Positions 1-11,200 of a stretch of 36,002 nucleotides of DNA are shown here, piece after piece. Position numbers and translations under genes: made by a program. Numbering within the stretch: position 1 is the first letter of the stretch; each line of letters begins with the position of its first letter. The stretch comes from an uncultured Candidatus Saccharibacteria bacterium. Lineage in GTDB: Bacteria > Patescibacteriota > WWE3 > 2-01-FULL-39-13. The stretch lies in assembly GCA_964506905.1 (NCBI GenBank), contig CAZDNW010000012.1, forward strand, positions 1 to 36,002, given 5' to 3'. Under the pieces are notes generated by a model, which saw nothing but the letters and a program-made list of their open reading frames with translations, had not been told where the DNA came from and did not search any database.

Positions 1-324
1 AAAATAAAAGAACTAATTTCTATACTTTTAGATAATGCAATTAAGTATTCCGATAAAGGGGGAATTGTAAAAATTATAGTTGAAAAAGATAAAAAATACG
101 TAAATTTAATTATTAAAGATAATGGTGTAGGAATGACCAAAGAAGAAAAAGAAAAGATATTTAATAGGTTTTATAGAGCTGATAAATCTAGAAATGAAAA
201 CGGATATGGTTTAGGGTTATCTATTGCTAAATCTATCGTGGCTTTGCATGATGGAAAGATTTCAGTTGATAGTAAAAAAAATGTAGGTACAAAAGTAACT
301 GTTCAATTTAAATCTGCTTCTTAA
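1..324 (+). CDS. sensor histidine kinase, C-terminal HATPase_c catalytic domain (5' end outside window)
   Basis: Frame 1 is open from nt 1 and reads KIKELISILLDNAIKYSDKGG...IIKDNGVGM...FNRFYRAD...GYGLGLSIAKSIVALHDG. These are the N, G1 (DxGxG), F and G2 (GxGLGL) boxes of GHKL kinases. TAA at 322-324. Confidence 0.9.
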   Translation, partial: KIKELISILLDNAIKYSDKGGIVKIIVEKDKKYVNLIIKDNGVGMTKEEKEKIFNRFYRADKSRNENGYGLGLSIAKSIVALHDGKISVDSKKNVGTKVTVQFKSAS

Positions 325-375
325 TTTTAAGGAACTTTTAAGTTTCATTTGTCAAAATGTAAACATAAGAGATTA

Positions 376-400
376 AATTAACTTATTTGCTAAGTTAATT
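376..400. promoter_or_regulatory. perfect 10-bp inverted repeat AATTAACTTA-N5-TAAGTTAATT between the kinase gene and the next gene (operator or AT-rich hairpin)
   Basis: Read directly: 376-385 is the reverse complement of 391-400, followed by TGTTTTCTT. Its role as a response-regulator site or a weak terminator is unproven. Confidence 0.3.
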
Positions 401-448
401 TGTTTTCTTATAAGTATTTAATTTAAAATTTAAGAGGAGGTGAAAATC

Positions 449-1006
449 ATGACAAACAAAAATTTAACAAAATATGTATTAATTGCTGCATTAGCAGTAA
501 CACCGTTTGTTGTGGTTCCCGCTTTATCGCCAGTTAACGCTGCCACAGATAACACACAATCACAGAGTATCTTAGAGAGAATTATGAGCAAATTTGGTTT
601 TAGCAACACTGATGAAGCAAAAGATTATGTGTCTGAACAAAGGATACAAAGACAATCTGTTAATCAAGAGAGAATGATAACTAAACTTGATCAAGCAGTT
701 AAAGACGGTGTTATAACCGAGGCACAAAAGCAAGAAATTCTAAATAAATCTTCAGAATTTAGAAACAAAATGAGAAGTATGGATCCATTTTTAATGGACA
801 GAGAAGCACGAAGAACTATGATTCAAGAACACAAAGAAGAAATGCAAAAATGGGCCCAGGAAAATGGAATTGATCTTAGTCAATATAGAAATTTTAGACA
901 AGGCCAAAATGACAAAGGTAATAGAATGGGAGGTATGGGTTTAAGAGATGGTAGTGGAGCAAGACAAGGTATGGGATATGGAATGGGAATGATGAATAAC
1001 AGATAA
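449..1006 (+). CDS. secreted helical protein with [LI]TxxQ-like motif and Gly/Met-rich C-terminal tail (CpxP/Spy/ZraP-like, tentative)
   Basis: GAGGAGG at 434-440 lies 8 nt before ATG 449; the ORF track starts at GTG 440. Signal peptide ...VVVPALSPVNA/ATD. Contains ITEAQKQEI and ends GNRMGGMGLRDGSGARQGMGYGMGMMNNR, resembling the ZraP tail. The coding call is firm; the family assignment is weak. Confidence 0.6.
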   Translation: MTNKNLTKYVLIAALAVTPFVVVPALSPVNAATDNTQSQSILERIMSKFGFSNTDEAKDYVSEQRIQRQSVNQERMITKLDQAVKDGVITEAQKQEILNKSSEFRNKMRSMDPFLMDREARRTMIQEHKEEMQKWAQENGIDLSQYRNFRQGQNDKGNRMGGMGLRDGSGARQGMGYGMGMMNNR

Positions 1007-1052
1007 AAACTTGCCGCCAAAGTTCTTTGAATGACAGTGTTTTGGACAGGTT

Positions 1053-1086
1053 GAGGGGCGACTTAAAGTCGCCCCTCATTTTATTT
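1053..1086 (+). terminator. intrinsic terminator
   Basis: GAGGGGCGAC (1053-1062), loop TTAAA, GTCGCCCCTC (1068-1077), then ATTTTATTT. Confidence 0.85.
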
Positions 1087-1102
1087 GTGATATATTATAT
1101 AT

Positions 1103-3070
1103 ATGAAGTTATCTAAAAATTTTATATTTTTATTCTTTTTAACCTTTGTTGCTTTATTTTTATTTCACTCACCGACCTTTGCTAAAGATTCTAATCTAAA
1201 TGGATATAAGAATTTGCCTACAAGAAATTTTAATAATAAAGTTCCGACCGAAGAGGTTATATCCGACTATAATGTTGCAATCAAAATTAATAAAGACGCA
1301 TCGTTAACAGTTACAGAAAAAATAAAGGTTTATGCTAAGAATATAAATATTAGGCATGGTATCTATAGAGATTATCCGACTAAATATTCTGATGATAAAG
1401 GTACCAAAAAAAGTGCTAGTTTTAATGTTTTAGAAGTGAAAATGGATAATTTTCCGATTGTATACTATATATCAAAAATAACTGGAGGCAAAAGATTATA
1501 CATTGGAGATTCAGAAAAACTAATTTTACCAGGATGGCATGAATTTACAATAAAATACAATACAAAAGGTCATGTTAGATATTTTGAAGATCACGATGAA
1601 ATTTATTATGATGCCATAGGTGATAGTTGGATGTTTCCTATAGAGAACGCGAAAGTGTTGGTTCAATTGCCTGATGGTGTTACAGAAGATATGGTTAAGT
1701 ACAAGGCATATGTTGGGAAATTTGGAGAATCAAACGATGATTACGAAGCTAAATCGGTTACTAGAGATGGCTATACCTATGTGTTATTTAAGACGAACAA
1801 TTCATTAGGTTCGTATACTGGTATGACAATTGTAGTGTCTTGGCCAAAAGGTTATGTACATGAACCTACTCAAAATGAAAAATTTATGATGTTTATAATG
1901 GATAACATTTGGTTATTCTCGAGTATTTTTGTACTTGCCTTTGTTCTTGGATACTATTTTATTGTTTGGTGGTTTAAGGGTAGAGACCCGTATGCTAATA
2001 AAGTGGTAATTCCTGAATATGAATTACCAAAAGATGTATCACCAGCACTCGCCGGTTTTATCCACCAAATGGGTTTTAACGATAAACAATTTACTTCAGC
2101 TATTATTGATATGGCTATAAAAGGTGTACTTAAAATAAATGCTGTCTCTAAAAAAGAATATGTTTTAGAAAAAGTTAAAGAAGCCCCATCTAATTTATAT
2201 CCTGAAGAACAAAATTTGTATGATAGTATGTTTAGTACAGAAACTGACTTTAAAATTAGTAAAACAAATTATTCTTCTGTTCAAAAAGTAGTAAAAGCTT
2301 TTAAAAAATTCTTAGATAAAAATTATAAAAGTGAATATTTTACGGAAAATATAAAATACTACATAATACCAATAATAGTAACTACCTTATATGTACTGTT
2401 TTTTGCTGGATCATTTATTGTTGTATTTATTATATTGATTTCCGTTGGGTTATCTATTCAGAAGCTAATTGATACTAAACTAAATCGTATCCATAGTTAT
2501 GTAGATAAAGCAAAAATTATTTTTGGAATTATTGGCGTCTTGCTTTTTATATTATTTTTATTATTTGATAGAGCAGATTCAGAATTCATAGTATTGTATA
2601 CAGGGGTATTACTTGTTGTCATACAAATATTAATAGGAAATGCATTATACGCAAGAACAAAAAAAGGAAGTGAAATAGAGATGCATATACTTGGGTTGAT
2701 AAAATTTTTAACAATTACAGAAAAAGATAGATATAATGCGGAAATAAGCAGTAAAGTTCCCAAAAATATGTCTACATACGAAAAATACTTGCCATATGCG
2801 GTAGCATTGGATGTAGAACCAATTTGGACTAAGAAATTTAGAAATGTAATTGACGAATTTATGAAAGAAAATATGGATAATAATAAGATGCTAAATTATT
2901 GGATAATCGGAAACGGGTTAAATGACCTTGGATCAATTTCTAATTTTAATTCTGCATTTGCAAACACAATTACAACTTCTGCAACTTATTCATCTTCATC
3001 GTCATCGTCAGGATTTGGTGGCGGCTTTGTAGGTGGTGGCAGTGGTGGAGGCGGAGGTGGAGGTTGGTAG
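1103..3070 (+). CDS. DUF2207 domain-containing membrane protein
   Basis: Signal peptide, ~230-aa extracellular domain, several TM helices, and the family-typical Ser/Gly tail SSSSSSSGFGGGFVGGGSGGGGGGGW. Confidence 0.85.
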   Translation: MKLSKNFIFLFFLTFVALFLFHSPTFAKDSNLNGYKNLPTRNFNNKVPTEEVISDYNVAIKINKDASLTVTEKIKVYAKNINIRHGIYRDYPTKYSDDKGTKKSASFNVLEVKMDNFPIVYYISKITGGKRLYIGDSEKLILPGWHEFTIKYNTKGHVRYFEDHDEIYYDAIGDSWMFPIENAKVLVQLPDGVTEDMVKYKAYVGKFGESNDDYEAKSVTRDGYTYVLFKTNNSLGSYTGMTIVVSWPKGYVHEPTQNEKFMMFIMDNIWLFSSIFVLAFVLGYYFIVWWFKGRDPYANKVVIPEYELPKDVSPALAGFIHQMGFNDKQFTSAIIDMAIKGVLKINAVSKKEYVLEKVKEAPSNLYPEEQNLYDSMFSTETDFKISKTNYSSVQKVVKAFKKFLDKNYKSEYFTENIKYYIIPIIVTTLYVLFFAGSFIVVFIILISVGLSIQKLIDTKLNRIHSYVDKAKIIFGIIGVLLFILFLLFDRADSEFIVLYTGVLLVVIQILIGNALYARTKKGSEIEMHILGLIKFLTITEKDRYNAEISSKVPKNMSTYEKYLPYAVALDVEPIWTKKFRNVIDEFMKENMDNNKMLNYWIIGNGLNDLGSISNFNSAFANTITTSATYSSSSSSSGFGGGFVGGGSGGGGGGGW

Positions 3071-3127
3071 TTTATGATGTGTTTGCGTTATTTACCTTAT
3101 TATTAATAGTGTATTATGTTTTAGAAT

Positions 3128-5245
3128 ATGAAAATAATAGAAAAAGATAATGCCCCAAGAAACCGAATAAGACCATTAATATATCTAAAGAGATTTATAG
3201 TTTTAATGATAATGGCATTTGTGCCTGTAGTTGTTACGGATTTCTTTTTAGATGGATTTTATATTAGTGATTGGCTTTCGTTATTTTTATTTGTATTTAT
3301 CTTAGGACTTTTAAATACTTTTATTTGGCCATTAATTTCTAAATTAGCATTTCCATTCGTTCTTGCAACATTAGGATTTGGTTCATTGATATTGAATGGA
3401 ATATTTATCGCAGTTGCGAGTTACTTAATTAAAGGAGTATCCGTTGGAACTATTACAGAAGGTATTGCAGTAACACTTAGTATCATTGTAGTTACTATGA
3501 TACTTAATTTAATATTTTCAGTTGATGACGATTATTCATATTATAGATATGTTTTAAATAGAACAAACAGAAAAAACACAGTAGATAAAGAAAAGGAAAA
3601 AGAACTTAAAAATAAAAAACCAGGGATTATATTTGTTGAGATTGATGGATTAGCCTATCCAATCATAAAAAAAGCAATTGAGATGGGTAAGATGCCTACA
3701 TTAAAAGGATTATTAGAAAATGGTAATTATAAACTAGTACATTGGGTTACAGAAATGGCTTCACAAACAAGTGCAAGCCAAGCGGGAATTTTGTTAGGAA
3801 ACAATAAAAATGTTCCTGCATTTAGATGGGTTGATAGAAAAAACAACCATAAAGTAGTTACATCTTCTGATCCAGATGATACTCCTAGAATTGAAGAAGA
3901 ATTATCGAACGGTGAAGGATTGTTATCTATTAACGGTGCTAGTAGGGTTAATATGTATTCAGGTGATGCAAGTGATACACTTTTTACTTTAAGTAAAATA
4001 AAGCAATTAAAGAATGTATATAATAGAGTTTTGATAACTTATTTTTCGCACCCGTACAATTTCTCAAGAACTTTTATACTATTTATATTTGAAATATTTT
4101 TGGAATATAGAAGCAGATTAAGACAAAAAAGAAAACATATTGAGCCAAGATTAGGTGGCGAAAAAAGAGGTGGAATATATCCGCTTGTTCGTGCAGCGAT
4201 GACTGTTTTCATGAGAGATTTAAATACATATGCACTTATTAATGATATATATAGAGGAGAATTTAATGTTATATATTCCACGTATGCGGCTTATGACGAA
4301 ATTGCACATCATTCGGGAATAGAAGATGATGATGCTTATAAAACTCTTGGTAAATTAGATAAACAATTTAGAAGACTTAAATTTGCAATAAAAGAAGCAC
4401 CGAGAAAATATAATGTTGTACTTCTTTCAGATCACGGGCAAACAGGAGGAAAAACATTCAAGCAAAGATATGGGTATACCTTGGGCGATTATGTTAGAAA
4501 TATATTAAAGAATAATTTCAATGTTAGCGGATATTTAAGCAACGATGAAGGTGTAAGTAATGTTAAAGCGGTTTTATCAACTATTATAAAAGAAGGTAGT
4601 ACAGTTGATAAACAAATTAACAAAGCACTAGATAAATTGGAGGATGATGATTTACCAACAATAAAAGGTAAGGATATTAAAGAAGACAGTGAATTATCTG
4701 AAGAAATGGATGAAAGATTAGAAAAAGATGTAATTGTTTTAGCTTCTGGGAATTTAGGATTGATATACTTTAAAGAATATAAAGAAAGAATAGATTACGA
4801 AGAAATTGAAAATAAAGCTTCGGGGTTTTTAGATGATTTAGTAAAGCATGAAGGGATAGGTTTTATAATGGTTAAAAATAGAGACAACCATGCAGTTGTT
4901 ATAAGTAAAGACGGAAAACATAACTTAACAACCGGAGAAATTGAAGGTGAAGATCCACTTAAACCATTTGGTAAATATGCTAAGCAATCTGTATTAAGGA
5001 TACATACATTTGATAATTGTCCAGATATCTTAGTTAATAGTTTTTATGATGAGGACAATAATGAAGGAGCAGCTTTTGAAGAATTGATTGGTTTCCATGG
5101 GGGGCTAGGTGGCACACAGAATCTAGGATTTGTTATGTACCCATCGGATCAATTTGAATTCCCTAAAGAAGAAGTTTACGGTGCTGAAAGCCTTTATCAT
5201 ATATTTAAGCAATGGCTTGATACCGTTGACAAAAAAAGTTTATGA
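3128..5245 (+). CDS. membrane-anchored alkaline phosphatase / nucleotide pyrophosphatase-phosphodiesterase family protein
   Basis: N-terminal ~140 aa form four hydrophobic helices (DUF360/holin-4-like). This is followed by PGIIFVEIDGLAYP, MASQTSASQAG and LLSDHGQTGG motifs of the alkaline-phosphatase superfamily. Ends at TGA 5243-5245. Confidence 0.8.
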   Translation: MKIIEKDNAPRNRIRPLIYLKRFIVLMIMAFVPVVVTDFFLDGFYISDWLSLFLFVFILGLLNTFIWPLISKLAFPFVLATLGFGSLILNGIFIAVASYLIKGVSVGTITEGIAVTLSIIVVTMILNLIFSVDDDYSYYRYVLNRTNRKNTVDKEKEKELKNKKPGIIFVEIDGLAYPIIKKAIEMGKMPTLKGLLENGNYKLVHWVTEMASQTSASQAGILLGNNKNVPAFRWVDRKNNHKVVTSSDPDDTPRIEEELSNGEGLLSINGASRVNMYSGDASDTLFTLSKIKQLKNVYNRVLITYFSHPYNFSRTFILFIFEIFLEYRSRLRQKRKHIEPRLGGEKRGGIYPLVRAAMTVFMRDLNTYALINDIYRGEFNVIYSTYAAYDEIAHHSGIEDDDAYKTLGKLDKQFRRLKFAIKEAPRKYNVVLLSDHGQTGGKTFKQRYGYTLGDYVRNILKNNFNVSGYLSNDEGVSNVKAVLSTIIKEGSTVDKQINKALDKLEDDDLPTIKGKDIKEDSELSEEMDERLEKDVIVLASGNLGLIYFKEYKERIDYEEIENKASGFLDDLVKHEGIGFIMVKNRDNHAVVISKDGKHNLTTGEIEGEDPLKPFGKYAKQSVLRIHTFDNCPDILVNSFYDEDNNEGAAFEELIGFHGGLGGTQNLGFVMYPSDQFEFPKEEVYGAESLYHIFKQWLDTVDKKSL

Positions 5246-5295
5246 GAGTATCTTATAGTTAGTGGTAGTTATTTAACTACTTGTCCTTATTACTT

Positions 5296-8200
5296 ATGAA
5301 AAAAATCCCAATGTTTAAATTACTAAATTACATTGCAATATTGTCAATGTTAATTCAAACTTTTTTGCCTATATTTTATGTTTATCCTTCCAATATTTAT
5401 GCACAACAAGATGATTCAGTGGTGTTATTAGAAGAATCCAATTTTGATGATTCAAATGATAAAGATGTCGATTCTACGTTAAATAAAAATCAAGAGCAAA
5501 AGGAGACTGAAAATAATAACGATAATGAAGATACAAATGATAATGATAAGGAAGATAATAAAGGCAATGATATTACTATAAAAGATAGTGACGATATAGA
5601 AAAACCTTCGGATAAAGAAGTTAATGAAGAAATTCTAGATGAATCAAATAATGACATTGAAGATACTAAGATAATAGAAGATGATGATAATGAATCAACT
5701 CCTAATGTTGATGAAACCAATGATTCCTTTATTGATGGCACCGATGAAGTGATGACAGATGAGGAATCTGATGTTACAAATGACAATAAATCACTGGATG
5801 CAGATCTTGCTAATAAAGATAATCAAACAGAAAAAGAGAGTACGGATGATGAGGATAATAAAGACACGAAGTCTAATTCAAATGAAAGCGATGAAGAAGC
5901 CAATGAGGAAACACAGATAACATACGGTAAATGGGAAAAGAAAGAAGATAATAAATACAGAATTTATGTCGAACCGCAAAAGGAATATAAGTTTGAATTT
6001 CTAGATGATGAGAAAGTTCCTACAATAAAATTTAAAGACATAGATGAAGATAATAAAGAACAAGATAGATATATTGATGTAGAAATAATTGAATTGTCAA
6101 AAAAGCAACAAGAAGCTCTTAATTCTGTAGACGATAATGCATATGATATTACTTCGGGAATGGATAATGGGACTTTTGAATACGAATTGGTTTTGCCGTT
6201 ATCAGAATCTGTAGATGAAAATGTTGTATCAGTAAATTATGTCGAAGATAAAGATACATTAGAAAAGGTTGTTAAGTCACAGGATAAAAAAGAAATCAAT
6301 AAAGTAAATGAAGATAATGTGGAAGTCTCTAACGATCTAGTTAGCATAAAAGATTTAGATCACTTCACAATATTTTATGTAAGCGCAACTGCATCAGGTA
6401 ATGTTTGTGTTATAAGTGGAACGACATACAATAACTGTTATCCAACAATACAAGAAGCTATAAATAATGCTTCTGATGGAGATACAATAGAGATTGCTCC
6501 GGATACATATACAGAAAATTTAATTGTAAATAAAGAATTAACTTTAGTTGGTATGGGAGCTAAAATTAATGATGTAACAGTTAGAACAAACACAAATGGA
6601 TCACAATCGTCTCCTGCATATGGAGTAGAAATAAAGTCTGACAATGTAACCATTAAAAATATAAGATTTCAATCACGATTGGGATATGGGTTTCATTTTA
6701 AAGTTTCTAATGTTAATAATTTTACAATAGAAGATGTTAAGCTAACAAACAAAAAGAAAAATAAAACTGTTAGAGGTTTAGATCTTAATAGTGTTGAAAA
6801 TGTTTTAATTAAAAATGTAACTGTTAAAAATTATAGGGTTCATGGTATAGGTGTTGTCTCGGTTTGTGGAAATAATGATATAACAAGTAAAGATATTATA
6901 TTTGAAAATGTGGTAGTCAAAAACACTAAATCACAAAGTGGATATGCTGGCGCAGGCATAGCGTTTTATACGCAAGCTGGTCCAAGCTGTAGTCCAAATC
7001 AAGGTGCAGATATTACAGGTGTAAAATTTGTTGGAGATAATTATTTAACGGATAACGAAATTGGAATTACATTGCAGTCAGATTTAGATTTAATCTCTAA
7101 TTCTCTATTGCAAATATGTTTATCAAACCCAAGTGGTCCAGCTTGTGTAAATGCCATTTCTGGATTGCCGACATTAAATCCAAATTATGGTGTTTATGGA
7201 CCCAATGGCGAAAAACTAGATTTACATAACATGACAATCCAAACATTAGGCAGTAGTGGGAGAATATTTCCATCAATTAGTATTCTTAATTTAGTTAAAT
7301 CTGATGTGGATGCAACCGAAGTTAAATTTGATGGTAAAGATGGCATAGGTGCAGATATGCAAACTGCAAATGAAATAGAAGATACGATTTGGCATGATTG
7401 TAAATATTCACCATATCCTCATGGATTTTGTAATGCTATAGAAAATTTAGTAAGTACTGAAAATTTTGGAAGTGTTGATTATACAGATTGGTCATTTAAG
7501 ATAAAAGGTCATAAATACAATTATATTTATTCAGGGCAACAAGGTCAGCCAACTCATCACCCAATATCTGATTGGGATATAACTGTATGTGAGTACGAAA
7601 ATGGTGATGTTATTCAAGGTACTTGTGTTACTAAATCTACAGATAATAGTGGATATTATGAGTTTGGGTATGATGATCTTGGAGTAATGCTTGGAAAAGT
7701 ATACAAAATTTTTGAAGAACCTGGTAGAACTGACTATACCTATATGCAACCAGAATCATATATAGTTGATTTTACTTCTTCAAATCCTGTTTATTATACA
7801 GAAGATAATTTAATTGAAAACGGAGATTTTGAAACTCCTAAATTATCTACAAGTTGGACAACATATCCAGATGGATATACTGGGCTAGGGTGGACACCTG
7901 CGTGGGTATCTACCAACCTAAGTGATCAAGAAAAAGATGGATATCGAAGACCAATGCCTCCAAGAGTTGAAATTCAAAAGGTTTATGATGGTGATAATCA
8001 ATATGTAGAATTAGATGGTGATTGGGGAACCTCACAAAACAATTATGTTAACGGTGAAAACGCAAATATATATTTGTATCAAATGTTTCCGACTTGTAAT
8101 GGAGTAAAATATAATTTATCGTTTGACTGGTCTCCACGACCACACCATGATGATAATCAATTAAAGGTAACTGTAACCGATGTGTATAACAATAATATTT

Positions 8201-11200
8201 CGTATGAAGATACATTCTTGGATAGTGGGGATAGTAGTATAAATTGGACACCTATAACAGCATCTTTCGTTTCAAATACCTCATTAGTAAAAATAACTTT
8301 TCAAGAAATGGGCAATGGCGATTCGTATGGTGCTTTAATAGATAATGTATCTGTATATCAAGATAGTGGTGAAAATAATAAATGTCAGTATTCAGAAGAT
8401 TCAGAATTTAATTTTTATAACAGAGTTAATAATGATGATGATAATTTAGTACCAATTTTAGTTGCACCAAAACAAACTGGTTACAATGAAGATAATGGTG
8501 ATTCATATGAAACACCACACTATCCTGATGAAAATGAAATTGCTTGTACTGGTGGAGTTACAAATGTAAATGAAGTTTCTGTACATTGGTATTTACTTGA
8601 TGAAAATGGTAATCAAGTGAATATCCCTAACTTGAAATATTTAAGGCAATTCACAACGCCGGGTTCTTCTACATGGAGAGGTCATGAAGTTTACACAACT
8701 CCTTATACAAATTATAGAACCTTTGGTGGAAATCCAGGTCATCCTGGAACATATGGCTCTAGAGTAAGAGCTTGGGTTGATTCCAATAATAATAATCAAA
8801 TAGATTTAGGTGAAGCTGTATCTGAATGGAGTAATGAATGTTCAATAACATACGAATTACCACCAGTTTGTGGAAACGAAATAGTTGAAACCGGTGAAGA
8901 ATGTGATGGTACCAGTGGAGTAGGTGAAGGTGAATTTTGTACATCTCAATGTAAATTAATCCCGGTTTACGACGGAATGAATTCATGTCCAGATGGTACT
9001 GTTGAGGTTCCAACTGGTACACAATTTACTTTGTCAAGTAAAACGGCAAATGAAGTTTCGCATAATTTTGAAAGTGGTAAAAGGTATTTATTAAAAGCAA
9101 GTGGAACCTATTCTTATGCAAATACGGAAGGTAGAAAAGCAGATGCTGCATATGGCACAACAGATAATTTTGCAAATTCTAGATCAGATATAGGTATATG
9201 GGGAACTAATAAAGGTGTTACTTCAATAATTGGTGATCTTGGTAGAGGTATGGGAGTAATAATGTGGGATGATGACCAAAATATAAATTCCAACCATGTA
9301 TATACCAAGTATTTTAATCCTCAAGCAGATGTGTTAGGTAGATTTGTAATTAGCGATTGGTATGGTGATTGGTATGGTAGTGGTTGCAATAATCAATCTT
9401 GCTTAAGTGATAATAACGGATCATTAACACTTTCTGTAAATGAATGTGCTGAGGTTTTAACACCAGTAAAACCATACTGTGACGAAACAAAAATATTTGC
9501 AAGATTGGTTGATAGTACAGAATATGGAATTAGTACAGATTCAGATTGGAATACAGATGTAGATGGCAAAATATTTTACGGTGATAAAGTTGTTAATGTA
9601 GGTGAGTGGTTTGAACTAACACCTACAACAAACAATAGAGATGAAGGTGCTGTATTATCTTATGACGGAAATAAATTATCAATAAACTTATTGGAATTTA
9701 AAGATAATGATAAGTTTCAAAGATTTAAAGGTAAAATTGAATTTTATAAGACTGCGGTAGATAATATAGAAGAAGGAACAGGTGATTATGCACTTGAAAC
9801 CTGTAACGGTTGTTATCCAGATTCTTATAATCAAGATTCATTAAAGACAGTTTCGTTTGACTTTGGTGTAACAAATGCAAATGACCAAATAAATGTAAGT
9901 TTACATCATCTAGGTTGTGCATTAGAAGCGTGTACAAATGATTTTGCGGTAAACAATGATGGTTATATATATAAGATTAATCTACAAAATGGTGATGAAC
10001 AAATAATAGATGAGCTGGAATTCGGCACATCAGCAGCTGCATCTCAACCAGGCAAAGGAAATGTTTATTATATAGAACGATATAATACATCAGGTAAAAA
10101 AGGGTTAAGATTAGCTTATTATGATATTAATGCTAGAGTAAATGTAGTAGTAGGAAACACAGGCATTAATGGTGTAATAGATAAATTAGCATTTAACGAA
10201 GATGGTGTTTTGTATGCGATGAGTTCAAACTCTGTTTTATATACAGTTGATATTACAACAGGGCAGGCAACAAAACTAGGCAAAGTATTAGGAATTACAA
10301 AACCAGGTGGAGATTTATCATTTGATAATAAAGGTGATATGTATGTTCATGTAAAGGGAGGAAATCTTTATAAGGTAAATCTATATACATTAAATGCGGA
10401 AGTAGTATCAGATACTGATATTGAATCAACTGGAATGGTATTTAAAGACAAATTTTACGCTACAGATGATAATGAGAGTTTATTTGATTTCGACTATAAT
10501 GGTTCGGTTAATATAATAAGTACCTCAACAAGCAATATAAATGACTTAGCAAGTTGCCCTGTTAAAGTTTTAAAATCTAATGTAACTGTTTGTAAGGTAG
10601 ATACAAAAGACAATTACCTAGAAGGTTGGAATGTGCAACTATTAAGAGACGAAGTGCAAAAAGATATAAGTGTACCAGTTCAAGGCGGGGCAAGTGTGCA
10701 TTCTGCATATTTACCAAAAGGCAATTATGTATTAAGCGCACATGGCACATATGAATATAGGGGAAACACAGGACTTTTAACTGATCCAAATTATTCTCAA
10801 AGATTAAAAGGTGATAATTATAGTGGTAGTGAAGAATTTTTCCCATGGATAAATGTAAATGATTTTAATCCTCCTCATGAAGGTTGGTTAGGGGTTATGG
10901 TAAATAACATGCCAACTAATTGGAGTAATTATTTATCAAGCAATCACACATATTATTTAGGGTATACAAATTATTCAGGTGAATTTAGATTCAATATATA
11001 CGATAATGTATATTCTGATAATAAAAACAGTACTATAGCCGTTGATATCTATACTGGTTATGCTGGTACAACAGGTAAAAATGGTTGTGTTACATTTGAA
11101 AATGTTCCTTATGGAGATTATGAGGTATCAGAAACTTTAAGGGATGGTTATATAAATGTAACTGGGTTAGGAAATGTAGAAGTAAACGACCTAGAAGAAA

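Noticed and set aside
894-1079. 61-aa minus-strand ORF overlapping the 3' end of the secreted-protein gene and its terminator.
   Set aside because: It is antisense to a well-supported CDS and begins inside the terminator hairpin. It has no RBS or recognisable fold.
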